Assembly (NCBI GenBank): GCA_039794845.1 | Contig: JAUQVK010000025.1 | Coordinates: forward strand, 61,197-125,196 | DNA from: Thermostichus sp. DRC_bins_24 | Lineage (GTDB): Bacteria > Cyanobacteriota > Cyanobacteriia > Thermostichales > Thermostichaceae | Reading direction: 5' to 3' | Length of the DNA stretch: 64,000 nucleotides | Part shown: one piece after another, positions 1-8,333 of the stretch | Layout of the letters: the number at the start of each line of letters is the position of its first letter | How positions within the stretch are numbered: position 1 is the stretch's first letter | Notes under the pieces: generated by a model | Seen by the model: the letters and a program-made list of their open reading frames with translations, nothing else | Database searches by the model: none | Told to the model about the DNA's origin: nothing | Translations under genes and position numbers: made by a program

Positions 1-2
1 CT

Positions 3-242
3 ACCCTAGGCATTCGACATTCCCAGGAGCAACGCACCCTGCTGGAGCGGGTGATCGAGCGAGTGGAAACCCCCTATGGCCTGGTGGATGTCAAGGTGGC
101 CCGCCATCACGGCCACATCGTCAACGCCCAACCGGAGTTTCGAGATTGTGCTGCCCGCGCCCAAGAATTTCGGGTACCGGTACAGACGGTATGGTTGGCG
201 GCCCAGTCGGTTTGGCAAAAACGCCTACAAGTGAATCCCTGA
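3..242 (+). CDS. larC: C-terminal part of a nickel pincer cofactor biosynthesis protein LarC (DUF111), 5' end outside the window
   Basis: Frame is open from base 3: TLGIRHSQEQRTLLERVIERVETPYGLVDVKV...NAQPEFRDC, matching the LarC C-terminal TLGIR, TPYG and PE(F/Y)xDC motifs. Confidence 0.8.
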   Translation, partial: TLGIRHSQEQRTLLERVIERVETPYGLVDVKVARHHGHIVNAQPEFRDCAARAQEFRVPVQTVWLAAQSVWQKRLQVNP

Positions 243-268
243 AGACAAAGAAAAGCGCCATGCCCGGC

Positions 269-1075
269 TCAGAGCAACTCGTCGATCAGCAACAACACCG
301 GCTGTAACTCAGCCCTGAGGGATCCCGCTTGCTCCAGGTTGACCTCCACCAACTGCTTCAGGGCAAGCACCTTGATATTGGCCTCCACAGCGGCAGTGGC
401 CATCGCCGGTGCCCCCGGCAAATAACCACTGGCCCCCAAATCCAAGAGGGCAGCCCGCCGCAAGTGAACATTCTCGTGAGCCAGCACCGGCAACAGGCGC
501 TGGGCGAAGGCGGGATCCCCGCTGATGCGGTAGCAAGCCCGCGCAGCTGCACATTGCAGGCGAATCGAGTCGTGTTCCAGATAGGGACGAATCTGCTCGA
601 AAGCGGTGGCCGAGCGCAGCTGGCCGAGGGCTTCGATAATCGCCTCAAGGGCAGCTAGAGCCTCTGTTTCCACCCCGACCCCGACAAAGTTCAGCCCCTC
701 GAGCAAAACAGCCCCCAACTCCTCGATCTCGTGCCGGAGGGCAATTTCCGCCAGGGCCTGGGCCGCTGCCGCCACCACCTGGCCATCCGAGCAGCGCAGT
801 GCCGTTTTCAGGGCTGGGATCCCGGCGGGGGATCCCAACTTGCCCAGGGCACGGGCAGCATTGCGACGCAGCGGATACCCCCCTTGGGCGGTGCGATCCC
901 GCTCGTCTGCCAGCGCCTCGATCAAAGCCGGGATCCCTTCCGAGATGCGCATCCGCCCCAACCACCAGGCCGCATAGTAGCGTTCCCCCGGATCCCCGTG
1001 GCGCAGCTTGGCGATCTGTCCGGCGGGGGTCAGATCCGCCGGTGGATGGGGATCCAGGGGAACAGCAGTGGTCAT
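269..1075 (-). CDS. cpcE: Phycocyanin alpha-subunit phycocyanobilin lyase, CpcE-type (HEAT repeats)
   Basis: RYYAAWWLG, GGYPLRRNAARALGKLG and LRRAALLDLG motifs; last gene of the phycobiliprotein cluster. Confidence 0.85.
   Translation of the reverse strand: MTTAVPLDPHPPADLTPAGQIAKLRHGDPGERYYAAWWLGRMRISEGIPALIEALADERDRTAQGGYPLRRNAARALGKLGSPAGIPALKTALRCSDGQVVAAAAQALAEIALRHEIEELGAVLLEGLNFVGVGVETEALAALEAIIEALGQLRSATAFEQIRPYLEHDSIRLQCAAARACYRISGDPAFAQRLLPVLAHENVHLRRAALLDLGASGYLPGAPAMATAAVEANIKVLALKQLVEVNLEQAGSLRAELQPVLLLIDELL
319..937. repeat. Highly iterated palindrome GGGATCCC (HIP1 variant), found throughout the window; representative copies given
   Basis: Five perfect copies in the first kb at 319, 512, 816, 829 and 930, and many more across the window. 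Canonical GCGATCGC noticed only near 28572 and 56432. Confidence 0.9.
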
Positions 1076-1108
1076 GGAAGCAATGGCAAAGGGAACAGCA
1101 AGGAGAGA

Positions 1109-1966
1109 TCAAGCGCTACGAACGCTGACGATCTTGGCACCCGATTTGAGTACCCGCTGCATCGTCGCCGACAGTTGATCGGCGGAAACAAAAATCTGCT
1201 GGTTGGATTTGCGCACTCGGCTGGAGGTGGCCAAGGCAGAGGCCGGGTTGAGCAGGCGGGTCACCTCCACACAGAACATGCGGTCGGATTCGCCCGTTGG
1301 GGGTCCCAAGTGCTTAGAAATGGGGCTAGGCGGCAACAGACCCCGTACCCCGATGCGCCGAATCGCCGGGGTAAACCCGGTTCCTAGGGCGGTCATCAAA
1401 CGCGGCCTTGCCCCTTGGGAACGATCGTTGTTGGCATAGCCGCCGTAGAGGGCAAACAGATTGGTAAAATCGCGGGTGGAATGGGCCCGACGGTATTCAA
1501 AACCGCGCGGATAGGGGACGATGTTGTCGCCGAAGGATTCCAGATATTCTGGGCTGTCAATGTAGGAATCGATCTCCGCTCCATGGCCACCGGACTGGTA
1601 GATATCCAAATGGCGGGCAATATCCTTGCCATCCGTGGGGGCGCGGCCCAACAGATGCTTGAAATTAAGTTCGATGGCACGGGTTTGGGAGTTGGGGTAG
1701 AAAAACCGCTTCTTATAGGCTTCGGATTTAGCGATCAGGCGCACAAATTCCCGCACCGTCAGACTGCCCTGGCGCAGTAGCGATTCGGCACTGGCCAGCT
1801 CGTCCACATCGGCCCCGAACAGATGGTCGTTGCCCAGAATCTGGCGATAGATGGCCCGCAGCACCGCATTGAACTGATCCTGGCTGGCCTTGGGGCGCAA
1901 CTCCAGTGGAGTGGTATCCGTGATGCCCCGGATCCCCATCTGGCTCGCCGCTGTGATTGCACTCAT
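1109..1966 (-). CDS. cpcC: Phycocyanin-associated rod linker (PBS linker domain plus C-terminal CpcD-like domain)
   Basis: AIYRQILGNDH, VREFVRLIAKS, IELNFKHLLGRAP, EIDSYIDSPEY and FGDNIVPYPRGF motifs; ATG at 1966 chosen as start. Confidence 0.88.
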   Translation of the reverse strand: MSAITAASQMGIRGITDTTPLELRPKASQDQFNAVLRAIYRQILGNDHLFGADVDELASAESLLRQGSLTVREFVRLIAKSEAYKKRFFYPNSQTRAIELNFKHLLGRAPTDGKDIARHLDIYQSGGHGAEIDSYIDSPEYLESFGDNIVPYPRGFEYRRAHSTRDFTNLFALYGGYANNDRSQGARPRLMTALGTGFTPAIRRIGVRGLLPPSPISKHLGPPTGESDRMFCVEVTRLLNPASALATSSRVRKSNQQIFVSADQLSATMQRVLKSGAKIVSVRSA

Positions 1967-2200
1967 GCTGATTCCCCTGATGAACTGGATGGACAAAAGG
2001 CTTGCGTCGCCGGATTTCGGCTAGATCAAATCGGCTAGATCAAAGTAGATCGAACTGGAGCAACAGCAGTGCCCCTCTCCGGGAGATCGAACCCCAGCCC
2101 AAACGGGGATCCATCCACCCGGCGACAGACTTACCACCATTGCCCCAAGTGACCTTCCCTCGGCATGAACCTGGGATCCCAGGCCATACCCCCTAGCTGA

Positions 2201-2683
2201 TTAGCTGAGGGCGTTGATGGCGTAGTCGATGTAGGTGTTGGCTTCGGTGGCCGCTTGTCCACTCAGGCCGTGGTTGGCCTTGATGTAGCGCAGGGCTTCG
2301 ATGAACCAACTGGGGGAGAGTTCAAAGGCGGTGTTGATCTCACGGATCCCGGCCAACTGATACTCATCCATGGGGCCGGTGCCACCCGCCACCAAGCAGT
2401 AGGTGACGTAGCGCAGGTAGTGGCGCACATCGCGGGCACACTTGTCTTTGCCGGCTTGGTTGTTGCACTGCCCACCGGGTTGGGTGGTGTAGGGGAACTT
2501 GGCGTAAACCGCTTCGGTAGCACCGCGCACAAGCTCATCCGCACGGCTGGTCAGGGCTTGAGCGGCTTCCATGCTGGCGGCAGCACGCTGAAGGCGGCCA
2601 TTGATGGCTTGCAGCTCGCTGTTGCTCAAATAGCGCCCTTGGCTATCGGCAGTGGCGATGGCATCGACAATCGGGGTTTGCAT
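2201..2683 (-). CDS. cpcA: Phycocyanin alpha subunit, divergent (160 aa)
   Basis: [14 protein letters not shown] chromophore Cys, [14 protein letters not shown] and IKANHGLSG...YAINALS. Confidence 0.88.
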   Translation of the reverse strand: MQTPIVDAIATADSQGRYLSNSELQAINGRLQRAAASMEAAQALTSRADELVRGATEAVYAKFPYTTQPGGQCNNQAGKDKCARDVRHYLRYVTYCLVAGGTGPMDEYQLAGIREINTAFELSPSWFIEALRYIKANHGLSGQAATEANTYIDYAINALS

Positions 2684-2874
2684 GATTCAAAACGCTCCTT
2701 TACTTAAGCTCAACGCAAAAAAACAAAGCAAAAACGGCAAGATTGCAACTGCGAAAAAATGAAAAGAGTTCTCTTCTGGGATCCCAAGACCATCACGGTC
2801 GCTCTGAACCCCATGGCAGCCCCAAACAGGAACTCAAGGCCAAGAATGACGCCCCTTTGGGTTCTGCGGAGCCA

Positions 2875-3393
2875 TCAAACCACCGCGGCCGCGGCACGAT
2901 CGAAATAGGACTCAATTTCGGCCACCAAAGCACTGCAGTCGCCCCGGGTAATGCCGTTGGGATCGTTCACCACTGCCACAGCAGCTCTCTTCATTTTTTG
3001 GATGCCATTGGCAACGGAGTTGCCGGGGGTGCCTAGGGCTTGGTAGGTTTCCCGCAGACCGTTCAAGCAGCGCTCGTTCAGCACGCTGGCATCTCCCGCC
3101 GCCACCGAGTAGGTGATGTAGCGAAGGATGATATCCATGTCCCGCATACAGGCCGCCACGTTGCGGCTGGGGTAGGCAGGGCCACCGGGAGCATTCAGGT
3201 TGGGCTCTTCGGCGAACAGCTCGCGGATGGCATCAGTGACAATCTTGGAGGCATTGCTGGTGAGGCGGTTCACGGCATCCAGGCGCTTGTTGCCTTCGGC
3301 GATCACCTGCTGTAGGGCGGAAAACTCGTTGGCTCCCAGAAAGGCACCTTTGGAGTCGGCCTGTGCAACAACTTTGCCAAATACATCATTCAT
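2875..3393 (-). CDS. cpcB: Phycocyanin beta subunit, divergent (172 aa, with PecB-like features)
   Basis: [13 protein letters not shown]82[14 protein letters not shown] and GITRGDC153S; ATG at 3393. Confidence 0.85.
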   Translation of the reverse strand: MNDVFGKVVAQADSKGAFLGANEFSALQQVIAEGNKRLDAVNRLTSNASKIVTDAIRELFAEEPNLNAPGGPAYPSRNVAACMRDMDIILRYITYSVAAGDASVLNERCLNGLRETYQALGTPGNSVANGIQKMKRAAVAVVNDPNGITRGDCSALVAEIESYFDRAAAAVV

Positions 3394-3779
3394 GGTTTTG
3401 GATCTCCCTAGCGAAAGCAAAAGAAGTTATGAATCAACACTCCCCTCTACGGAACTGAGAGCACCCGCCGGACGGGAATGCAGCAACGCTCGGATCCCTG
3501 CTGCCGAGGGGCGCTGTTTCCCTGAACAGACCCGCCGACGGGATCAAAGCCAGTAGAACCAAGACGGGCAAGCAAACCCTCGTAGGCCTCAGCCGCAACA
3601 AACCAACCCCCGAGGGAAAACCACTCGGCGGCGTAACCTGCCGGATCAAGCTCGGATGGAGATCCCCAGTGGCGCTCACCCCGGAGCGGGATCACGGATG
3701 GCAACTTCAACTGGGCAGACGAGGAGAAGCTGGCTCGCTTTGTTTCCAGTCCTGTTCTACCGCGAAGGCGGGAAGCGAT

Positions 3780-4030
3780 TAAGTCAAAAAATGTAAAGGG
3801 ACTTTACCCGGCGCAAGAAAGCTCGGATCAGTTCCCACTGCGGGATCCCGATTTGCCTACTCTACCTTTCACAGCCGTAGTTTTTACAAAAGAAGATATT
3901 CATTTGTATAAGTTTATATTGTAAGGAAAAATGTCAATCCCGATCTTGGCTTCGGGGCTTGGATTGAGGTCGTTTTCTGTGCTAGAGCGAACATTCTCAG
4001 AAAGAATACATAATTTAACATTAGTCGGAA
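3780..4030. promoter_or_regulatory. AT-rich divergent promoter region between cpcB and cpcT
   Basis: Conspicuous AT-rich tract (e.g. catttgtataagtttatattgtaagg) between divergent genes; exact boxes not resolved. Confidence 0.45.
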
Positions 4031-4132
4031 TCCTTTGGTGGAGCTGAGATTGGAGAGAAAATCTGAGAGGCCTTCCCTCGACGACCGGAAAATTTCGGTA
4101 TACATCTTTACAGAACTTCTGGACACCTGCTT

Positions 4133-4765
4133 ATGCCTGTCTGGCCCGCTCCCACCCCCTCCCCAGAGCTTTTGCAGATGGCGCGCTGGCTGGCGGGAGA
4201 CTTTAGCAACCAAGAGCAAGCCTGGGAGAACCCGCCGTTTTTCGCCCAGATCCGGGTAGCCTATCGCCCCTTGCCCCTCCGGGTGCTGGGTGGGATTGGC
4301 TTTTACGTGGAGCAAGCCTACGGGGGTCATTTGGAGGATCCCTATCGACAGGCGGTGGTGGAGTTGGTGCAGGCAGGATCCGAGATTGTCATTCGCAACT
4401 ATCGACCCCTAGAGCCGGAACGGTGGCGGGGCTGCGCACGGGAGCAGGCGGATTTGTTAGGCCAGTTGACGGCGGACGACATCACCTATTTGCCGGGGTG
4501 CGATGTCCGGGTCAAGCAGCAGGGGCAGATCTTTGTCGGAACCACCGAACCGGGGCAGCAGTGTTGTGTGGTGCGCAAAGGGCAGACCACCTACTTGCAG
4601 ACCACCCTACACCTGAGCGAAACCGAGTTCTGCAGCCACGATCAGGGGATGGATCCCGTCACCCATCAACAGGTGTGGGGGGCTTTGGCGGGGGCGTTTC
4701 GCTTCCAAAAGGTCGTCGATTGGCAAGCGGAGCTGCCGTTGTTCCCAGCAGATCCAGCCCTTTGA
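4133..4765 (+). CDS. cpcT: T-type phycobiliprotein lyase (CpcT/CpeT family)
   Basis: LAGDFSNQEQAWENPPFFAQI, PGC, GTTEPG..C.V.RKG..TYL and D.G.DP.T..QVWG motifs. Confidence 0.9.
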   Translation: MPVWPAPTPSPELLQMARWLAGDFSNQEQAWENPPFFAQIRVAYRPLPLRVLGGIGFYVEQAYGGHLEDPYRQAVVELVQAGSEIVIRNYRPLEPERWRGCAREQADLLGQLTADDITYLPGCDVRVKQQGQIFVGTTEPGQQCCVVRKGQTTYLQTTLHLSETEFCSHDQGMDPVTHQQVWGALAGAFRFQKVVDWQAELPLFPADPAL

Positions 4766-4911
4766 CCCCCAACTTGACTGCACTCTTGCGCGACTGTGGC
4801 TGGTAAGCCCTGGGTACACTGACCTTGGGGACTTTGGGTTGGAAAGATGGGGATCCCATCGGTCGGGATCGCTCCCTGCCTAGGTTCCCGATGGAGTGTG
4901 AGCGGGATCCG

Positions 4912-6018
4912 ATGCGTCCACAGCTTGAGAAGGGAAATGTCTTGCGGTGGGGATCCCTGGCCGCCGGAGTCTGGCGCACCCTGTGGGGGATGTTGGCCTT
5001 GGTGTTGATGCTAGTCAGTGGCGGGTGTTCTGGCCCAGGTGAGTCTTCTGCATCCACGCTGGTGCCCCCACCCCCCCAGTTGGGGACCGAATCGATTCCG
5101 ATGCCGGTACGCACCCTGGGCATGAGCCGCTTTAAGTTGCTGGGGTTAAACGTGGGGGTGGCTGGAGGCAGTGCCGAGTTGCTCTTGGATACGGGCTCGG
5201 CAGGGGTACGGATCGTGTCTAGTGCCGCCGGGAGTTTCGGCCTGGAGCGTACTTCGATTCCTTCTACCATCACCTTCGGGGATGGCACCCAATTCATCGG
5301 AGTGTTGGCCCGTGCTCCCTTTAGCCTCGGGGGGGTACAAAGTCGGGAACCCGTCACATTACAGTTGATTGACCGGGTAACCTGCGTGGATGCACTGGTC
5401 GCCGGCTGTTCAGAAACCTTGTTTGGGGAAGGGCGACCCTTTGCCGGGATCCTTGGCACCTCCTTGGATGAGCGCAGCGCCGACCGAGAGGTCTTTAGCC
5501 CACTGACTCGCTTTCCCGGAAATTTCCGCTCCGGTTATATCATTCAAACGGGTGGCTTTGATTCCAGCCAGGGCCTTTTTACCATTGGCCTCACGGAAGC
5601 CAATACGGCAGGATTTAATTTCCGGCAGTTTCCACAGGTGGGCTCTTTTCCTGACGGTACTCCGATTTGGCGGGATGAAGCGCTCCAGGTGGCCTATAGC
5701 ATTAGCAACACCTCCATTCAAAATGTCCCCAGCCCCACCAACTTTGACAGCGGTTCCTCCGACATTTTCTTGAATGTCAGTTTGCTGGGGGCGGCACCCT
5801 TTTCCACCAGCACATTGCCGGCGGGGGCGGAATGGCGAGCGGTTTTGGATGGGGCTTTCGATTACCGCATTCGGGTAGGATTTCCGGTTACCCCCAGTCG
5901 GGATCGGATTTTTGTGAATGGGCTTTTGAATAAGCAGCTGTTGGGCATGCCACTGTTTTTTAATGCCGATGTTGCTTTTGATATCGAGCGGGGCCGCATC
6001 GGCTTTCGCCTGCGTTAA
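4912..6018 (+). CDS. Lipoprotein with a pepsin-like aspartic peptidase fold (DUF3443-like)
   Basis: Lipobox-like LVSGG-C; two aspartate motifs LLLDTGSAGVRI and NFDSGSS; GILG, LLGMPLF and FDIERGRIGF hallmarks; start uncertain. Confidence 0.65.
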   Translation: MRPQLEKGNVLRWGSLAAGVWRTLWGMLALVLMLVSGGCSGPGESSASTLVPPPPQLGTESIPMPVRTLGMSRFKLLGLNVGVAGGSAELLLDTGSAGVRIVSSAAGSFGLERTSIPSTITFGDGTQFIGVLARAPFSLGGVQSREPVTLQLIDRVTCVDALVAGCSETLFGEGRPFAGILGTSLDERSADREVFSPLTRFPGNFRSGYIIQTGGFDSSQGLFTIGLTEANTAGFNFRQFPQVGSFPDGTPIWRDEALQVAYSISNTSIQNVPSPTNFDSGSSDIFLNVSLLGAAPFSTSTLPAGAEWRAVLDGAFDYRIRVGFPVTPSRDRIFVNGLLNKQLLGMPLFFNADVAFDIERGRIGFRLR

Positions 6019-6077
6019 ACAGGTACGGAAAGTTTGACGACAGGTTGGGTTCTAAGTGGGTTTCTTGAGGGGGCAGA

Positions 6078-6545
6078 ATGCTGAGGAAATACGGGATCCC
6101 AAGCAAAGTATTCAACAGTAGGAGCTGGCTTTGGGGCCTCTGGCTGCTGCTGGCTTGTTGGTGGGGGTGGACTCTGCCGGGGTGGGCGGTTAGCTTAGGG
6201 GATCCCTTGCCGGAATGGGCAGAGTCGATGCGCGTGGGGCGGCAGCAGGTGCGTGGAATCGAGCAGCACCAGGGGCAAGAGCAGATCCGCGCCTATGGGA
6301 ACGAAGCAGGGCGGGTGTTTTGGATCCAGATCGACAGCCGATCGGATCTTCCGCCGGATTATCGAGCGTATCTGGGAGAATACCAGCAGTTTCCGCCACA
6401 GGTGGTTGAGGTGGTGCCGTTGCGGGCACAGATCTTGCGCTTTAGCCAGGGAAATCGTAGCGCCGAGTGGCGGGTGGTGGGCATGAGTGGCCACTTTCAG
6501 GCGGAGGCCATCAGCCAGGATCTGGCGCCAGCCGCACTGAGGTGA
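6078..6545 (+). CDS. Secreted protein, DUF2844-like
   Basis: Signal peptide ending GWA; SLG...IRAY...AGRVF...PDY..YLGEY...GMSGHFQA pattern resembles DUF2844; follows the DUF3443-like gene. Confidence 0.55.
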   Translation: MLRKYGIPSKVFNSRSWLWGLWLLLACWWGWTLPGWAVSLGDPLPEWAESMRVGRQQVRGIEQHQGQEQIRAYGNEAGRVFWIQIDSRSDLPPDYRAYLGEYQQFPPQVVEVVPLRAQILRFSQGNRSAEWRVVGMSGHFQAEAISQDLAPAALR

Positions 6546-6589
6546 TTCGCAAGGGATTCGAGGGCTGATCTTGAGCCCTATCTCAACCG

Positions 6590-7894
6590 CTAGTTCATCT
6601 GGTTCATCAGGGCGGGTTGCTTGGGTACGGCGGCCAACTCTGCCAACAGTTGCTTGCGTAGAGGCACGATCTCGTCCAAAACCGCTTGGGCTGTGGGGTA
6701 GCGTTCGTCTGCATCCGCGGCAATCATGCGCTCCAAAATGGCCAACAGGCGCGGATCCCCGAATCCGAAGGGGATGGCTTCCTGCAGAGACTCGCCGATC
6801 TCCGGCAGGGTTCCTGTGGACATTTCCACTGCCACCCGACCTAAGGCAAAAAGATCGCTGTTGAAACGGGGCCGACCTGAGTATTGCTCGTAGGGGGCAT
6901 AGCCCGTTGTGCCAATGAAGCTGGTGACGTGCTCGCTGGGCTGAGCTTCGATGCGTTTGATGGCGCCAAAGTCGATCAGGGTGAAGGAGGTACGCTTATC
7001 CCTTCGAGTCTGGATGATATTGGAGGGTTTGATATCCCCGTGGATGACGCCGTGCTGGTGGACAAAGGTAAGGATCTTGAGGAGCTCGCAGAGGAAGTAG
7101 GCGGTTTGGGCAGGAGACCAAATCACTCCTCGATTGGACTGCTGCCGTAGGGAGGAGCCCTGGATAAACTCTTGCACCGTGTAAAATTGCCCGTCTTCTT
7201 CAAAATGGGCCAACAACTTGGGGATGTGGGGATGGCTGCCCAGCTTTTCCAGAATGTCGGCCTCCTGCTCAAAGGCGGCCTTGGCGATTTCCATCACCAT
7301 TTTGTGCTCATCCGTCCAGTCTTTGCCTTCTCCTTCTTTGTCATCTAAGCGTTGGAGGCGCTTGACCACGCAGCGGGGATGTCCGGGGCGATGGGTGTCG
7401 CGGGCTAGGTAGGTTTGGCTAAAGCCACCGATACCGACCAGGCGCTCGATCTGGTAGCGCCCATTGCCAACACTGTTTTGCTGCTTCGGAGCCCCAGCTC
7501 GCTTGGTTGCAGCCAGGGTAATCTGAGACCGAATGCGGGCCAGCACCACTTCTGGGTCGAAGGGTTTGGTGATGTAGTCGTCCGCCCCCAGGTCGAAGGC
7601 CGCCACCATTGTGTTGGAATCCGCGCGTTCGGAGAGGATCAGCACCGGCAACTCCAGACGGGAACGGGCCGAGCGGATCATTTGGAGCAGCTCCAGGCCA
7701 TTCAACCCCGGCAAGGCCAACTCCATCAGGAGCAAATCCAGTGGTTGATGAACAATGGCTTCCAGGACTTTGGCACCGCTTTCCACCACGATGACGCTGT
7801 AGCCAGCTTGTTCGATGTAGAGCTTTAGCTGCGGGTTGACTGCAGGATCCGCGTCCAGCAACAGAACCTTGCCAAGCCGTTCTCCGGACAACAT
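6590..7894 (-). CDS. Receiver (REC) domain fused to a Hanks-type Ser/Thr protein kinase
   Basis: N-terminal REC (GADDYITKPF); kinase motifs GIGGFS, VVKRL, HGDIKPSN, DFG, GTTGYAPYEQ and SDLFALG. Confidence 0.88.
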   Translation of the reverse strand: MLSGERLGKVLLLDADPAVNPQLKLYIEQAGYSVIVVESGAKVLEAIVHQPLDLLLMELALPGLNGLELLQMIRSARSRLELPVLILSERADSNTMVAAFDLGADDYITKPFDPEVVLARIRSQITLAATKRAGAPKQQNSVGNGRYQIERLVGIGGFSQTYLARDTHRPGHPRCVVKRLQRLDDKEGEGKDWTDEHKMVMEIAKAAFEQEADILEKLGSHPHIPKLLAHFEEDGQFYTVQEFIQGSSLRQQSNRGVIWSPAQTAYFLCELLKILTFVHQHGVIHGDIKPSNIIQTRRDKRTSFTLIDFGAIKRIEAQPSEHVTSFIGTTGYAPYEQYSGRPRFNSDLFALGRVAVEMSTGTLPEIGESLQEAIPFGFGDPRLLAILERMIAADADERYPTAQAVLDEIVPLRKQLLAELAAVPKQPALMNQMN

Positions 7895-8035
7895 CGCGAA
7901 TGCCCACGTAGTGCTGAGTTGAGTATATCTAATAACAGTGAATCGGCGGGGGGGTAGGGTGCCCGGAGGAGGGGGTAGCCGGGATCCCCGCCCAAGTCGC
8001 CCTGCTAGGATTGGGGGGTGATTGGTGTTGTGGCT

Positions 8036-8230
8036 ATGGAAATGAATGAGGTTTGGAAAGAATTTCTGAGCAATCCCGTTCCTTTCTGTGGTGGTTTGCT
8101 GAGCGGTTTGCTGCGTCTGGATGTGAAGCAGGATCCCTTACGCAGTTGGCTAGAATCTCAGGGGCTGGTGGTGGAAGATGGCCCCTCCTCGGGTAACTCG
8201 GCTGGGCCCAAGTCTATTTCTATTGAGTAG
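8036..8230 (+). CDS. Small conserved cyanobacterial/plastid protein (UPF0426-like)
   Basis: PVPFCGGLLSGLLRLDVKQDPLRSWL...GPKSISIE pattern. Confidence 0.65.
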   Translation: MEMNEVWKEFLSNPVPFCGGLLSGLLRLDVKQDPLRSWLESQGLVVEDGPSSGNSAGPKSISIE

Positions 8231-8333
8231 ACGTACTGAGAGTAGGGAGGGATCCCTACTGAGGGGGCCATTCTCAGGTGTGGGAAGCGCTCAGCACAAA
8301 AAGCAACCAGAGCAGGGGTACGAGGTGAACCGG

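Noticed and set aside
2201..3393. Calling the subunits true phycoerythrocyanin (pecBA)
   Set aside because: The alpha subunit lacks the YCC motif I recall for PecA, the lyase looks CpcE-like and no pecF is present. Kept as a divergent cpc locus.
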